A DNA stretch of 63,696 nt, filler included, from Chiloscyllium plagiosum (GCF_004010195.1; 3 parts of one record of this genome joined end to end with filler, not necessarily neighbours in it); one strand, 5' to 3'. Counted from the first letter of the whole stretch, positions 26,401 through 40,084 are shown. The notes: a model not told the origin generated them from the letters alone. Numbers and translations are program-made.

Positions 26401-27127
26401 CACAGACAGCCTCTCCTCAAAGATAAAGTCCCTAGGGCAATGTTGCTCCATTGCTCTGTGTTAGATCACCCTGACCATGTACACTCAGATAACGCTGGGA
26501 TCTCTGCCTATCTCTGACTGCTGCTGCCTCCCATACACAGCCCCACACTTTACAGCACCTTTCCCACCTTCCTGGATCTCATGTCATAACTATCACTGGC
26601 CAATGGCATCTCCCTCCTACTCACTGTCCCCTCTCTGACCAAGGTGCCTTCTGCAGAATGCACAAGGTCCTCAAAAGAGACAGTGCTTCACAGTACAAAT
26701 GCTCAGTGCTCAGTGATGTCAGGAACACCTCGTTGCTGGCCCATTCTCTGAGACGGGTGAGAGTTCGGGAAAAAGCACTATCTCCAAGCCAGGTACCAGC
26801 AGCCCTTATTATAGGGCTCATCGCCACCTTTTCAGCAGTCTGTGAAAAAGAGGGTGGCTTTTTTTTGGTGCTTCCACCACAATATGACACGAGGCATGGT
26901 TTCTCCCAGTTAACTGAAGTTTCAAATATATTAATTGCTTGTTGATAGATGGGTTCTGACATTCAGAGATTGGAGTGTGGTCTTACTGAAGTGATAGCAT
27001 TTACTTCCCAACCTAATTACCCAGGCTGGATGTACCACCAGTGGGACTACAGTAATCATGCCTTTGTCAAGTGAAAGTCAGCTCTTTAAACATATCTTTA
27101 TATAATTTCTTTTTGGACGTGCTGCCT

Positions 27128-27402
27128 TAGATTAGATTACTTACTGTGTGGAAACAGGCCCTTCGGCCCAACAAGTCCACACCGACCCTCCGATGCGCAC
27201 CCACACAGACCCATTCCCCTACATTTACCCCTTCACCAAACACTACAAGCAATTTAGCATGGCCAATTCACCTAACCTGGACTGTGGGAGGAAACCCACG
27301 CAGACACGGGGAGAATGTGCAAACTCCACACAGACGGTCACCTGAGGCGGGAATTGAACCCGGGTCTCTGGTGCTGTGAGGCAGCAGTGCCACCATGCCG
27401 CC
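27128..27402 (-). mobile_element. HE1-type SINE
   Basis: Reverse-complement SINE with small deletions. Confidence 0.85.
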
Positions 27403-27527
27403 TTATATAAACCTTTTCCCTTTACATTCTAGTCCTATATTTTCACAGAATCCCTTCAGTGTAGAACAGGTCATTTGGCCCATCGAGTCCACACCGACCC
27501 TCCAAAGAGCATCCCACCCTTACCCTT

Positions 27528-27984
27528 TGTGGAAAATATGTTTGTGAAAAATGTGTGTAAGTGTTACTTCTGCAGAAACCCCTAACAGGAGAGAAAGTGT
27601 TGCTTTAGCAAAAGCCATAATGCAGAAGTCACGTATGCAGAAGCCATAATACTCAGCTAACTTGTCACGAACAAGGAACTGGATTGGATAAGGGTAACCA
27701 AATAAGGCTAGAAATAAACATGGGTAAGAGGCACTGAAGAAAGAGAAGTAAACAAGGGCGGAGAGTTACGAATACTTGTGATTGGTTTGACGCTTTGCAT
27801 GCTAAGCCAATAAGGTAAAAGGGGAAGAACCGAGAGACTCAAAGAAACTGTATAAACCTGTGCTGATCTTATTCTGGGGTGTGCCTACTTCGGGTCACCC
27901 GGTCTTGCAAGAACGTATGAATAAAGACTGCTTCGGAATTTGACTCGGACTAAAATTATTTGGTAGTGGGCTTCGTTTCCCACA
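27528..27984 (+). mobile_element. Solo LTR (457 bp, ERV-like) inserted in a SINE
   Basis: Termini TGTGGAAAA...TTTCCCACA; 4-bp TSD CCTT; CCAAT at 27807, TATAAA at 27851, AATAAA at 27920; the host SINE resumes on both sides (27445-28190). Confidence 0.9.
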
Positions 27985-30037
27985 CCTTTCCCTGTAACCC
28001 TCCATTTCCCATGGCCATTACACATAGCCTTTACATCTTTGGACTGTGGGAGGAAACTGGAGCACCCGGAGGAAACCCACGCAGACATGAGGAAAATGCG
28101 CAAACTCCACACAGAGAGTTACCCGAGGCTGGAATCAAACCCGTATCCCTGGCCTGTGAGGCAGCAGTGCTAATCACTGAGCCACATTGCCTGTCCAGTT
28201 TTTAAAATACACTCATGCTAATTTTCCCTTTCTTGAGTATTTTCTCTACCGAATTATTACATTTTTGAGATTTCTGTGCATGGACCCCTGTATTTTTTTT
28301 GGAACGTACAATTAAAGAACAAAGGACAGTACAGCACCGGAACAGGCCTTTTGGCCTACCAAGACTCTGCTGACACCGGAAGCCTTTCTAAAATAAGCAT
28401 CTTTTGTTTCTATGGTCAGTATCCCTCTATTCCCTACTTTTTCATTTATTTATCAAGTTCCCTCTGAAAATGTTGCGATTGTTTCCTCCTCCACCACCAG
28501 CTCCTCTGGCAGTACATTCTAAGCACTTACCATCCTCTGTGTGAAAAACTTGCCTCTCACACCTACTTTAAATACACCCCCTTTTATTTTAAACTTATGT
28601 CCCTAGTAATTGACATTTTCAGCTAGAAGAGTTGAGTGGTTTTGTGTGCTGAAGTCAGCTTCAATAAGCATATATGTGTAGACTACGTATTTCTTGCACA
28701 AAATGTTTTAAATCTATAGGACTATCCATCAAATTATATATTATTTGCCCTCACCATTCATTAATGTGGCATCATATGTCTTTAACTAGATCTAATTGAG
28801 TGTGTGAGGGGATTATATTGTTAAAACAAGGGCCCAGATGGTCATCTTTAAAAGATGATTATGGTAAACTGAATAAACAGAATGAGTTTACATCTTAGAA
28901 ATATTATTTACTTCCAAAATTCCATCCTGCCTCTACATTTTTAGACAAAATTGTGCTGCATTAACAAGTGAGAAATGCAATACCTGCTTGTGTATTGTTT
29001 ATTCCTCTCCATCTAATATTTGTCTCATGTTTGTCCTACATCAACTTTAACCTTGCTGAGCAAGTTACATTTTTTTAAAAACAGAATCTTAGTAGGTTCG
29101 GTAAATCAAATACATTTCTGTAGGAATCACTAAAAATCAGCAAAATCTATTTCATAAAACAGCTACATGTACAATAAAAGAAACAGAAAAATCTTGGAAT
29201 AAGTAATTTTGCCAGCAGCAGGGAAGTTACCATTTCAGATCAGGTGCCTTCACCAATTTACTCTTCTAAATTTTTACAGACTTGCCGTACATTTCCATCA
29301 TTTTGTTTATTTTTTAAATTTCAGATTTTTAGCCTCTGCAGTTCTAACCTTTTTGCCTTTAAAAATCTGGTTAACAAACTAAAAACAAATACTTCCTGTT
29401 TAAAACATTCATGAAATATCAATCCATAAACAAACATATCTAAAAGAAGAAATAAAGCCATCACAGATACGCTGTTGTGCAAATGAATGTCTCCATTCAA
29501 AGATAGGAATCAGTCTTTGTCAAAACTTGAAAAAAGGTTTCATAATTCAAAGTTTGTGAGAAGATTTGTAGCTCGGGTGCTCGTTGAACCACAGCAAGAT
29601 TTCATAATTCCGGGTCCCTGTAAAACAAGTTGAAAAACAGACAACTATCAGTCACAAGGAGCTTGAACAGCTCAGAAAGAAATAATACACTCCTTCATCC
29701 CACACTGCCACTCACAAAGAGCTCTGTATAACCAAGTAAATGCAGCACTGATGGAAACCCAATGTTGGCTCGAGGAGTTGGACCAGCATCTGTTCAACAT
29801 GGAAAATGACAAGGTTCTAACTTGAATTCACCAATAAGAATTTGCAGAAGTCCACAATATATGACATTGACTTTATTTTCCCAATTATTTAAACAGCTGT
29901 TAGCATCTGGTGATAGAGAGACACATTAAATGGACAACCAAGAAGTGCCAGGTTTAATTTCTAGTTTATGCGCAGTGAGCTGACACAGTTAAAAACCACA
30001 CAACACCAGGTTATAGTCAAACAGATTTATTTGGAAG

Positions 30038-30072
30038 CACTAGCTTTCGGAGCGTCGCTCCTTCATCCGGTG
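30038..30072 (-). ncRNA. Hammerhead motif (third Penelope family) with a core substitution
   Basis: cac CGGATGA A GGAGC-GAC-GCTCC GAAA GCTA gtg; stems I and II are intact, CUGA is changed to CGGA. Confidence 0.6.
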
Positions 30073-30417
30073 GTTATGCTGACCAGCAACCTACACTCTT
30101 CAATTTCTGCAACAGCCCTGGATAAGAGAAGGGAAAAGCTACCACGCAATGGCATTTCTTGTCATTTTCCAGTCACATTAGCTGGAATTTCTGTGTATTG
30201 TGTTAGGGCAGGACCGGCTATGATGCCTATTTTCAGAGAATCTACCTGTTAAATCTAACTGGCTGAACTTACAGGTGAAAAATTATACTATTTGTGTATT
30301 TGGCAAAGTCCTGGCAATTACCAATACCTTTGAGGCCATACTCCAGAAACAGTTAGCAACTTCAGGAGAGAAAGGAGAAATGGGAAAAGGACCAAAAGGG
30401 ATCATTTGTGAAATCTA

Positions 30418-30862
30418 CCATATATACTCATGTAGAGGTCGATCTCATGTATAAGTAAACCCCTTATTTTGGCCAAAAAATCCAGAATTTTCCATATACC
30501 TCATGTATAAGTCGATCCTAGTTTTTCAGAATTGTGTGTTGTATAAATACCTTGACCACTGGCTCATATGCCTATTAGCTTCTGCTCGTGTGTAGATCTA
30601 CATGCACATTACGGCAATGATAACTGGAATACAGTGCGACAGTACCATTCTACTGTTATTTTGTAGATAAATATTCAATAATGGCCATAATTCTTTGTCC
30701 TTTTGTTGCTTATTATTTTATGTAGCGATCTGGCTCTTGTTTTGACTCATGCCAAGCATGAATTTCATCCCCTTGAAAACAATATCTGATGTATAAGTCG
30801 ACTCCCTAGTTCCAGCTTTAAAAACTGTCTTCAAAATTTGACCTATACATGAGTACATACAG
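30418..30862. mobile_element. Tc1/mariner-superfamily (Tc2/pogo-like) MITE
   Basis: TA flanks at 30416 and 30863; TIRs ccatatatactcatgtagaggtcga and ttgacctatacatgagtacatacag; internal tgtataagtcga repeats. Confidence 0.75.
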
Positions 30863-30899
30863 TATTCATCACTACTTGATAACAACAGAGGCAATTTAG

Positions 30900-31785
30900 A
30901 CAGAGAGTATCAGAAATAAGGTGGGTGAACTTAAGGCGTGGATCGGTACCTGGGACTACGATGTTGTGGCCATCACGGAAACGTGGATAGATGAGGGACA
31001 GGAATGGCTGTTGGAGGTTCCTGTTTACAGGTGTTTCAGTAAGATTAGGGAGGGTGGGAAAAAAGGAGGGGGGGGTGGCATTGCTAATAGAAATGCAGAA
31101 AGGAAGTTTGAGGGGGATCTGCCTCTGGAGGTAGTATGGGCTGAAGTCAGAAATAGGAAAGGTGCAGTCACCTTGTTGGGTGTTTACTATAGGCCCCCCA
31201 ATAGCAGCAGAGATGTGGAGAAACAGATGGGGAAACAGATTGTGGAAAGGTGCNNNNNNNNNNNNNNNNNNNNNNNNNNNNNNNNNNNNNNNNNNNNTTA
31301 ATTAATTAANNNNNNNNNNNNNNNNNNNNNNNNNNNNNNNNNNNNNNNNNNNNGCTGTACAGGACATTGGTTAGGCCACTGTTGGAATATTGCATGCAAT
31401 TCTGGTCTCCTTCCTATCAGAAGGATGTTGTGAAATTTGAAAGGGTTCAGAAATATTTACAAGGATGTTGCCAGGGTTAGAGGATTTGAGCTGGGAGAGG
31501 CTGAACAGGCTGGGTCTGTTTTCCCTAAAGCGTCGGAGGCTGAGGGGTGACCTTATAGAGGTTTATAAAATCATGAGGGGCATGGATAGGATAAATAGAT
31601 AAAGTCTTTTCCCTGGGGTCAAGGAAGTCCAGAACTAGAGGGCATAGGTTTAGGGTGAGAGGGGAAAGATATAAAAGAGACCAAAGGTGGGACTAGATTG
31701 GGTTGGGATATCTGGTCAGCATGGACAGGTTGGACCCAAGGGTCTGTTTCCATGCTGTACATCTCTATGACTCTATAACTCTAAG
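30900..31785 (+). mobile_element. CR1/HER1 LINE: endonuclease start and 3' end across a 100-nt gap
   Basis: WIGTWDYDVVAITETW...GVYYRPPNS before the gap; ORF2 end and tail after it. Confidence 0.88.
31254..31353. other. Assembly spacer 44N-TTAATTAATTAA-44N
   Basis: Exactly 100 nt; an identical structure occurs at 40270-40369. Confidence 0.95.
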
Positions 31786-32974
31786 TAGACAGTGATATCT
31801 CTATCTAACAAGATAGAATCAGCAAAATAAAAATAGATTAAAATGCAAATTTCAAAAACTGGCCAAAGCCAGCACATCCTTTGAATGTACAGTGCTTGTG
31901 TTGGTACTGTTACCCTCTCCAACTCCCCACCCACCCAGAAATGTTAATATTCAGATTCTTGAATCCAATCACTTTGTAAAATTGCAGATGGAGGTAATGG
32001 TTAGCTGAAAGATTACAGACATTTCATACTATAAATACATTGAAAGAAAATGTTTATCCTAAAGTGCAAACGATTAAGCAATCCTCCATCCAAAGGCACA
32101 AACTGAAAACTATGCCCCATACAAATTCCTCTGATGTTTGGGCAATCAATGAGAATTTTGACAGAACTGAGATGTTTGCTGGGGGTGACAGCCACACAAA
32201 CACACTTCACATTCACTGACTCGAAATGGCTCCCCACCAATGATATGGACTGACCTGCAACTGTGGGTCTCTTTTTGCTCTTGTCTTTTGTGAAGAGAGG
32301 GATAACAATTTCAATCCTTCAGTCCTCTAGACATGTTTAACAAGCACTGGACAATTGTGGACAAAACACCTCGATTTCAATCTCAGTAACCAAGGATTCT
32401 TCTGATACAGACAAGGCAATTCTTACTTTGAACCTTTTAACTATCTCATCTTTACCTATTTCTATCTTCTCCAGCTTCTCGGCTGCCTGCTCCTTTGTTG
32501 TGACAGTGGTGACAACTTCCTTGTTGATGTAAAGCCTTCATCTCAAACGTCTGCCTCATTCTCAACCTCCACAAGTTGATTTTTCTCACTAAGATTGACC
32601 CCATGCTTTAATTGACTACACTTTTATGGTTTGGATATTTATTAAAATTGTTTTAATCTTTTATGCTATCTCTTCTTTGCTCTTCGTCACATTTGTTAGT
32701 TGTATATTTATTCAGGCTGGTTCTCTACTGAATTATGAACCAGACATTTATCATAAGCCTCCTGTTCCTGCATCATTTTAATCTCAATAGGTTTATTTAT
32801 CCAAATACTCTAGAATTGGATGCTTGTGGAACTGTGTCTAGTCTGGACTCAAACAATGCTGTCTTTAAAGATTGTTTTGCAGTGATGGGGTTGTTGTGAG
32901 GTGCTGGGGCCAGGGCGCACACCTCTATCTTACGTTCCTTCACCAGAAGAACTGGGAGGATCTTAGACTCCTTA

Positions 32975-33265
32975 CAGTGCAGATGGAGGCTGTTCAGCCC
33001 ATAGAGTCTGTTCACCCCACCCACCACACCCTATTTCTGCATTTTCCATGGCTAACCTACCCAGCCTGCACATCCCTGAACACTGTGGGCAATTTAGCAT
33101 GGCCAATCCACCCTAACCTGCACATCTTTGGACTGTGGGAGGAAACCGGAGCACCCGGAGGAAACCCACCCAGACACAGGGAGAATGCGCAAACTCCACA
33201 CAGACAGTCACCCGAGGCAGGAATCGAACTCGGATCCCTGGTGCTGTCAGGCAGCAGTGCTAACC
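32975..33265 (-). mobile_element. HE1-type SINE
   Basis: Reverse-complement head and core. Confidence 0.85.
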
Positions 33266-34759
33266 AGAAAGAATGCTACCATTAAGAATGTATTTCAGAC
33301 AAGGTTTATACGTTGAGAGATTGTGTTCTGTGCTGTTTAGACCTTGGCACATTTATATTTTAATCATTGTATTAGTGAGTGTGTAAGGAACGAATGCTTT
33401 GCAACCAGTGATTGACTCCAGGCCTGAGCTGAGAGAGCCTCTCACTTTGCTTTCTTTCATATTTGTCTCCTCATCCACAATTTATGAGATTTCTTTTTCT
33501 GCTGGGATTTAAAGTATCACATAACTGTTACCCTGCCAGTCCTCAATGCCCACCCTATTTCATATCTTCAATTGCCATGTTTATTATCCAGAAGCAAATA
33601 TAGAGCGATATCTGCTGTAAAAAAAGAGGAGGAATGTATCACTGCTAGTGCACAGTCTTGCTGCTGTCTTCTGTCCTTAGCTCTACATGCTGGTAGCTTG
33701 TGAGAGCATTGCCTGTGTGTATTCCTCCTTGGCAGCTTTCATATCTCAGAGTCGATGATTAAGACAGCAGTGGAAGCCACAGTCGTGAGTGTTCAGAAAG
33801 TGAAGAGGTTTCAGTGGCTAGTTATTCTCTCCCCTATTCATTGTGAAGCAACATCATAATATTCGGTAAAATATGATGAAGCCTGCCCCGATTACCTTTA
33901 AACTTCCCATGTACCTATTGACAGGTGAGGTGCCATTCACCTTTCCTTTGGTTGCATCCATACTGTGAGCCGTTGCACAATTCTCCACATTAGAAAAAGG
34001 ACCATCCTTCTGGCTAATATCCCTGTTACAGCGTCTCTCGAACTACATCTAAATATGACAGAGATCCGCAGTTTGAGCTTACTGAATACTCAGAAGCAGC
34101 ACAGCTTGGAGGTGAACAGCGGGTATTTTAGGATTTCTGCATGAACTGAAACATCCCCTTGATCTGTGCACTTTCCATGTGCAATATGTGCTCTATAATG
34201 TAGGAATAAACTGATCAAGTGTTATGATGTACAATCAACTCAGTCTACTGTGCCCAAATCAAACTGACTCCTGCCATAATGCTATTGTAACTCAACACAA
34301 ACCTGGACACAATACCGCTCAAAGTCAGGTAGTTAATATACTAGATGAGAGCAATTTATTCAATACTCAAGTCAAAGAAAGCTGTCAGAATTCATTCCTT
34401 TGTGAAATAATGACTGAAACAAAGATATAACAAGGGACTGGCAGAACTGCAAATCCTTTACAAAATGTTCACCAGAGCAGTGCTGAATGAGTTCCTGATA
34501 TTTATATCAACTGGACCTCAATAGCTTCTTTATTTGAAAAGACTCCGCAAAATGCAAGTACTGAATCTTCACACAGAGCTTTAACAATGCAATATTTGCC
34601 TCAACGGTACAGTTGCCTGGTATTCTATCCTTAACTCTAGAGGTCAGGCTTTGAGCTATTTGTAAATTGATAAACCAGAAGCAAGCCTTATGTTATGGAA
34701 AACCTCCATCTAACATATTCTCCAAGTCTTTTTGTACTGTCATCAACTCCAATCTCCAG

Positions 34760-36390
34760 CCAGAATATCAAACAGATGATCCATCTCAGCCTGCTCCAAT
34801 GGTCTCCATCATCACGGATCCCAGCCCTTAGCCAATTCAATTCATTCTACATGATATCAAGAGATGGTTAAAGGCACTGGATGCTGCAAAGTCTTTAGCT
34901 CTGACAACATTTCAGTGATAGTATTAAAGACCTGTGCTCCAGGTGAAGGAAAATAAAGGGAACAAACAGCAAATGCTGGAGAAACTCAGGAGGTCTGGCA
35001 GCTTCCATGGAGCTGGACCCCTAGCCAAACTGTTTCAACCCTGCTACAACCCTGGCACCTACCCAACCTTGTGGAAAATTGCCGAGGTACATTCTGTACA
35101 TAAAAAGCAGATTAAACCCAACTTGGCAAATTGTCATTCCCATCAGTCCACTCTTGCTCATCAACTGACCCTGTCAACAATGCTATCAAGCAGCACCTGT
35201 TCAGCAATAACCTGCTCAGTGACGCCCAGTTTGGGTTCTGCCAGGGTCACTCAGCCTCATTGCAGCCTTGGGTCAAACATGGACAAAAGAGCTGAATTCC
35301 AGAGGGGAGGGGAGAGGGGCAGGCCTTGATATCAAGGCTGCTTTTGACTGAGTGTGACATCAGGCACCCTGGCAAAACTGGTATCAATGGATATCAAGGG
35401 GCAAATTGCCCACTGGTTAGAATTATACCTGGCAAAGAGGAAGACGGTTGTGGCTGCTTGGAGCTCAGTCATCTCAGCTCCAGGACATCTCTGCAGGAGT
35501 TCCTCAGGGTAGTGTCCTATGTCTAACCACCTTCAGCTGCTTCATCAATGACCTTTCCTCCATCATAAGGTCAGAAGTGGGGATGTTTGCTGATGAATGC
35601 ACAACGTTCAGTATCATTCATGTCTCCTCAGACACTGAAGCAGTCCGTGTCCAAATACAACAAGATCTGAACAATATGCAGTGATAGGTGGAAGGCATGT
35701 AACTTATGTGCCACTCAAGTACCAGGCATTCACCATCTGCAACAAGAGAGACCCTAATCATCGACTCTTGACATTTCAATGGCATTATAAATAATAACTC
35801 CTCATTGTTAACATCTTGGAGTTACCATTGACCAGAAACTGAACTGGACTGGCCATTTAAATACTGTAGCAACAAGAGAATGTCAGAGGCTAGGAAACCT
35901 GCAGTGAGTAACTCAACTCTTGTTTCCTCAATGCCTGTCCATTATCCACAAGGTTGAAACTTTATTGCTGGAACAGCACAGCAGGTCAGGCAGCATCCAG
36001 GGAACAGGAGATTCGACGTTTCGGGCACAGGCCCTTCTTCAGGAGTTTGTGCAAAACTAATGTAGTGTACAAAATACCATGCAAGGACTGCACAAAACAC
36101 TATATAGGACAAACAGCTGAAACTGACAACCGGAAGTGGCAGGGACAGGCCACTATAAATGCCGGAGGAAACACCACAGAAGCGCTTCACAGGAGGCTCC
36201 CAAGCACTGAGGATGTCACCTAGACAGGGGACGAAACGTTTGCAACAAAAATTTCCAGCTCGGCGAACAGAACCACAGCAGAATTGACAGTGTAGAAAAA
36301 CTCAAGGAATCCAGTAATTCAAGGAGGCAATGCCCCACTGACCTCTCCAGGGCAATTACGGATGAACAATAAATGCTGGCCCAGCCAACT
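34760..36390 (+). mobile_element. Old CR1/L2-clade LINE RT and 3' end, interrupted by a Penelope insert
   Basis: ISAGVPQGSVLCLTTFSCFINDL...MFADECT; 3' tail gggcaattacggatgaacaataaatgctggcc. Confidence 0.8.
35953..36280. mobile_element. Chimeric Penelope insert (two families)
   Basis: A pLTR of the 6839 family is joined to GIY-YIG KTNVVYKIPCKDCTKHYIGQT and the pLTR of the 15284 family. Confidence 0.75.
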
Positions 36391-38609
36391 ATGGCTACAT
36401 TGCATTATCAGATATACAAAGGATGGAGTAAAATCCTCAAACGCTGTGTTACTAGTGTCTATCATCACGTGAACCTTATAATTGCAGAGGTAGGATGGTT
36501 GGATACTGTCAAAGTAAAGAAGGAAGGTGAAGGAAAATAAAGGGAACAAACAGCAAATGCTGGAGAAACTCAGGAGGTCTGGCAGCTTCTGTGGAGAGAA
36601 ATAGAGTTAATGCTTCAAGCCTGGTATGACTGTGCTTCAGAACTGAAAGCTGTTGGAAAATAGGTTCTTTTTTACACTTTTGATAAACGTGGAGGAGGAT
36701 CAAGAGGACAGATGGTGTAAAAAACAAAGAGGTTGTGAATAGTGGAGAAAGAAGCAAAGAGATGTAAAGCGAGTGAAAACTGAAGTGTGACTGGGGGGGG
36801 ATTATTCCCCTCGAAGTGCAGAGTAAACAAGATGTAAATGTGACAGTGTGACAGAGGCAGTGGGCAATGGAAGGAAAATGGACAAAAATGTTATTGTGGG
36901 ATTTGAGCCTTATCTTTATAAAATACATTCTGGGTGAGTGGGTTAGGGTGCTGACAGAATGGGATGGGATGAGCAGAGATTTACCCAGCTCAGCAGGATT
37001 AAATTGATTTGGTTGTGGCACTGTTAGTAACAGGCCCTTTAACCTAAGCCTGTACGACTTTGCAGCTGCAGACCCAACTCTGGGCAACTGAAGAACCCAA
37101 ATGGAACGAGGGAGGGAGGGAGGGGAGGTTTGAAACATCAGGGTGAAACTTGACAAGCAGTTCCCATCTCCAACTGGAAAATACTGGGCCGAGGGTCTGA
37201 GCAGCAATGCCAACAGCCTTGCCTGGGGATGGCACGAGTACAGTATCTCACCCTCTCGGCTCACAGCCTCATTCCTGGTGAAGGGCGTTTGCCCAAAACC
37301 CCAATTCTCCCACTCCTCGGATCCTGCCTGACCTGATGAGCTTTTCCAGCACCACTCTAATCTTGACTCTAATCTCCAGCATCTGCAGTGCTCACTTTCG
37401 CCTTGGTGTACAGGAGAGTTAATTGAAAGGAAGCAAATGTCCCTGCGAAGGAAAACAATTGGTTAAACTGAGGCTAAGAAAAGACAAAAAACAAACAGTC
37501 CTTGGAAATTTACAGCAATAGAAACCAATTGTGGTTGTGCTCATTCTTGAGCAGCCCTTGTTTCTTTTACTCTTTCTGCTTGTTATCCTTCCTCAATCCC
37601 TCTCACAGTTTTCTTTCGTCTCCCTGGGTAATGGTGATTGCCAGTCCAATTGTCACCACATCGCTTCGGCTCTCTAATTCCTGGCAATTTCTACTGCCAG
37701 GCTGGCTCTCCTTTTCCAGACGACACCCTCTTTCACGTCTGCAGCTGCTCCTAGGTTCCCATTTGAAGTTTATCTTCTGGCACATTCAGACACAGTTAAT
37801 AAAAATAAAAACCCTGCATCAAGCAGTCCTCGGTAACAAGGAACCAGAATATCACTGAAAAGAGAGACATGCAGTAACCTTCAGGAATTAACTGTGCTTC
37901 CTTCGACAGCACCTTCCAAGCCCACAAGCCAGTTCCATCCAGAAGGTCAAGGATATATATCGTCTTCCAATACTTGCTACTGGTCATCACTAAATGTGAA
38001 CACCTGCATTTGCTTTTAATTTGTTGTAATAAGAAGACTTGTTGACAAGGAGGAAATCAATGGGCACATCTGTTCCCATGCTGTATATCTCTATGATTCG
38101 GTGATTCTATCTCATGACTGCTTGAAGCTATCATTTGTTATCTGTGTTCCCTGACAATTACTGATCCTAGGTGAAGTACGATTTGGAAGCAGATGGCTAG
38201 CATTGCTTATTCAGTGACAACATGATTGCAATTGCTCCTTGGAGGGCCATGAAGTGAATGGTGCAAATAAGGCTCTGGTAAAGAAAAAGGAACCTTGTAA
38301 CATCTGCTTCCCACTTTACAGGCTGCCCTCACCACCTTCTGAACCATCTGACATGGCAAGGTTCCAGTCTCATGTTCAGGCCCCGGCCCACAAATTCTCC
38401 CCTGACTCTTCGTTCCCTTTTCTGTTGCTGCAGCCTAAGGGCGCTTCAGCCTCCCCGCATTTCACTTTATCATCTTTACATCTCTATTAATGTGATTCAT
38501 GTCACCATCTGAGGTTGGAAGATGGAGTAAATCAAAGAGTAGATCCAACACAAAGCAAATACAAAATGATCAGCCGACCATGACAGGAAAGAAAAGATGC
38601 TCTAAATCG

Positions 38610-38895
38610 AAAGGATGTGGAGGCACTGGAACGGGTGCAGAGGAGGTTTACCAGGATGTTGCCTGGTATGGAAGGAAGATCGTATAGGGGTAGGTTCTTC
38701 ACTCAGTGAGTCGTAAGTTCATGGAATGCCCTGCCAGTAGCAGTGGTGGACTCTCCCTCTTTATGGGCATTTAAGCGGGCATTGGATAGGTATATGGAGG
38801 ATAGTGGGTTAGTATAGGTTAGGTGGGCTTGGATCGGCGCAACATCGAGGGCCAAAGGGCCTGTACTGCGCTGTATTCTTCTATGTTCTATGTTC
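38610..38895 (+). mobile_element. CR1 3' end (second subfamily, (ttctatg)n tail)
   Basis: ALERVQRRFTRMLPG-type sequence and a tail repeat. Confidence 0.8.
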
Positions 38896-40084
38896 TATGA
38901 AAGTAAACCAATCGATAAGACAAGAATGCATGATAAAAGGTTAAAACTAAAGGCTCTGTATCTGAAAACAGTAGACAGAGAGAAAAAAATAGGTGAACTG
39001 AGGGCACAAATATGAATGACCAAACAGGATGTAGAGCTGAGTGCGGGATGACATGGGTTGGATCAGAATCCTGAAAGGTACAGGACATTAGGGAATGGTG
39101 GGAGGGTGGGTCTTTAAGTTAACGATGATATGAGCACCACAGAGAGAGATGAACTAAGTTCAGGAAACCAGGTTGTAGAAATGGTATGACTCTATACGTG
39201 ATGAGAAATGATAAAGGCAAGAAGTCACCCCTGCGCCTCTGCTCCCCAGATGACAGGGTGAAGCATAAAGGAAGAAAAAATGCCAGCTTATCAGAAGGTC
39301 ATATTCAAAGGTTAGGGGAGATTTTAATCTACCCTTCGACTACCAAGTTAGATGGACACAGCTAGCCGAGATTAGGAGTTCATAGAATGTTTTTGGGACA
39401 TTTTCTTAAAACACCGTGTTCTGGAGCCAACCAGACAGCAGGCAATACCCCACCTGTTTGTGCAAAGAGATAGGATTAATCAACAAGCTCATAGTGAAGG
39501 TATCTCTGGGTAGAAATAACCCAGGGTTAACATGGTTGAAGTTTACAATCTGTTTAAAGGAGGGAGAGGTGGGTCCAAGCCTACTCTTTAAAATTTAAAT
39601 AACGACACTTAGACAAGCATGAAAACAGAGCTGGCAAATTAAATTAAAGGATAGACCAATAGAGATGGATTGTAAACATTCAAGATTGCATGTCAGAATA
39701 CACAGAGTAGATACATCCGGAAGTGTCAGGAAAAGTCCAAAGGATAGACAACCATCTGCGGTCAAGTCAAAATGAAAATTAAAGAACGAATAGATAATTC
39801 TGCGGAGAAAGGTGGCAAGTCAGAAGATTGGAAGAATATGAAAAACAGCAAAGAATGACCAAAATAAAGCAAAAACAAAATTGGAGTACATGAGAAAATT
39901 AATCTGAAATATTAAAACAGTGCAATGTTCTATGAACATTCAAAGAAAACAAAGATAACAAAGTGAACATTGGTCCTACAAAGTAAATCTGGAGAATTAA
40001 AAATGGAAAATAAAGAAATGAGAGATGAATTGACCAGGGATGGTGCATCAGTCTTCACTATTAAGGATACAAGTCACATTGCAG

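Noticed and set aside
33530..33614. Upstream exon for the unknown exon chain
   Set aside because: Strong acceptor, but stops in all three frames.
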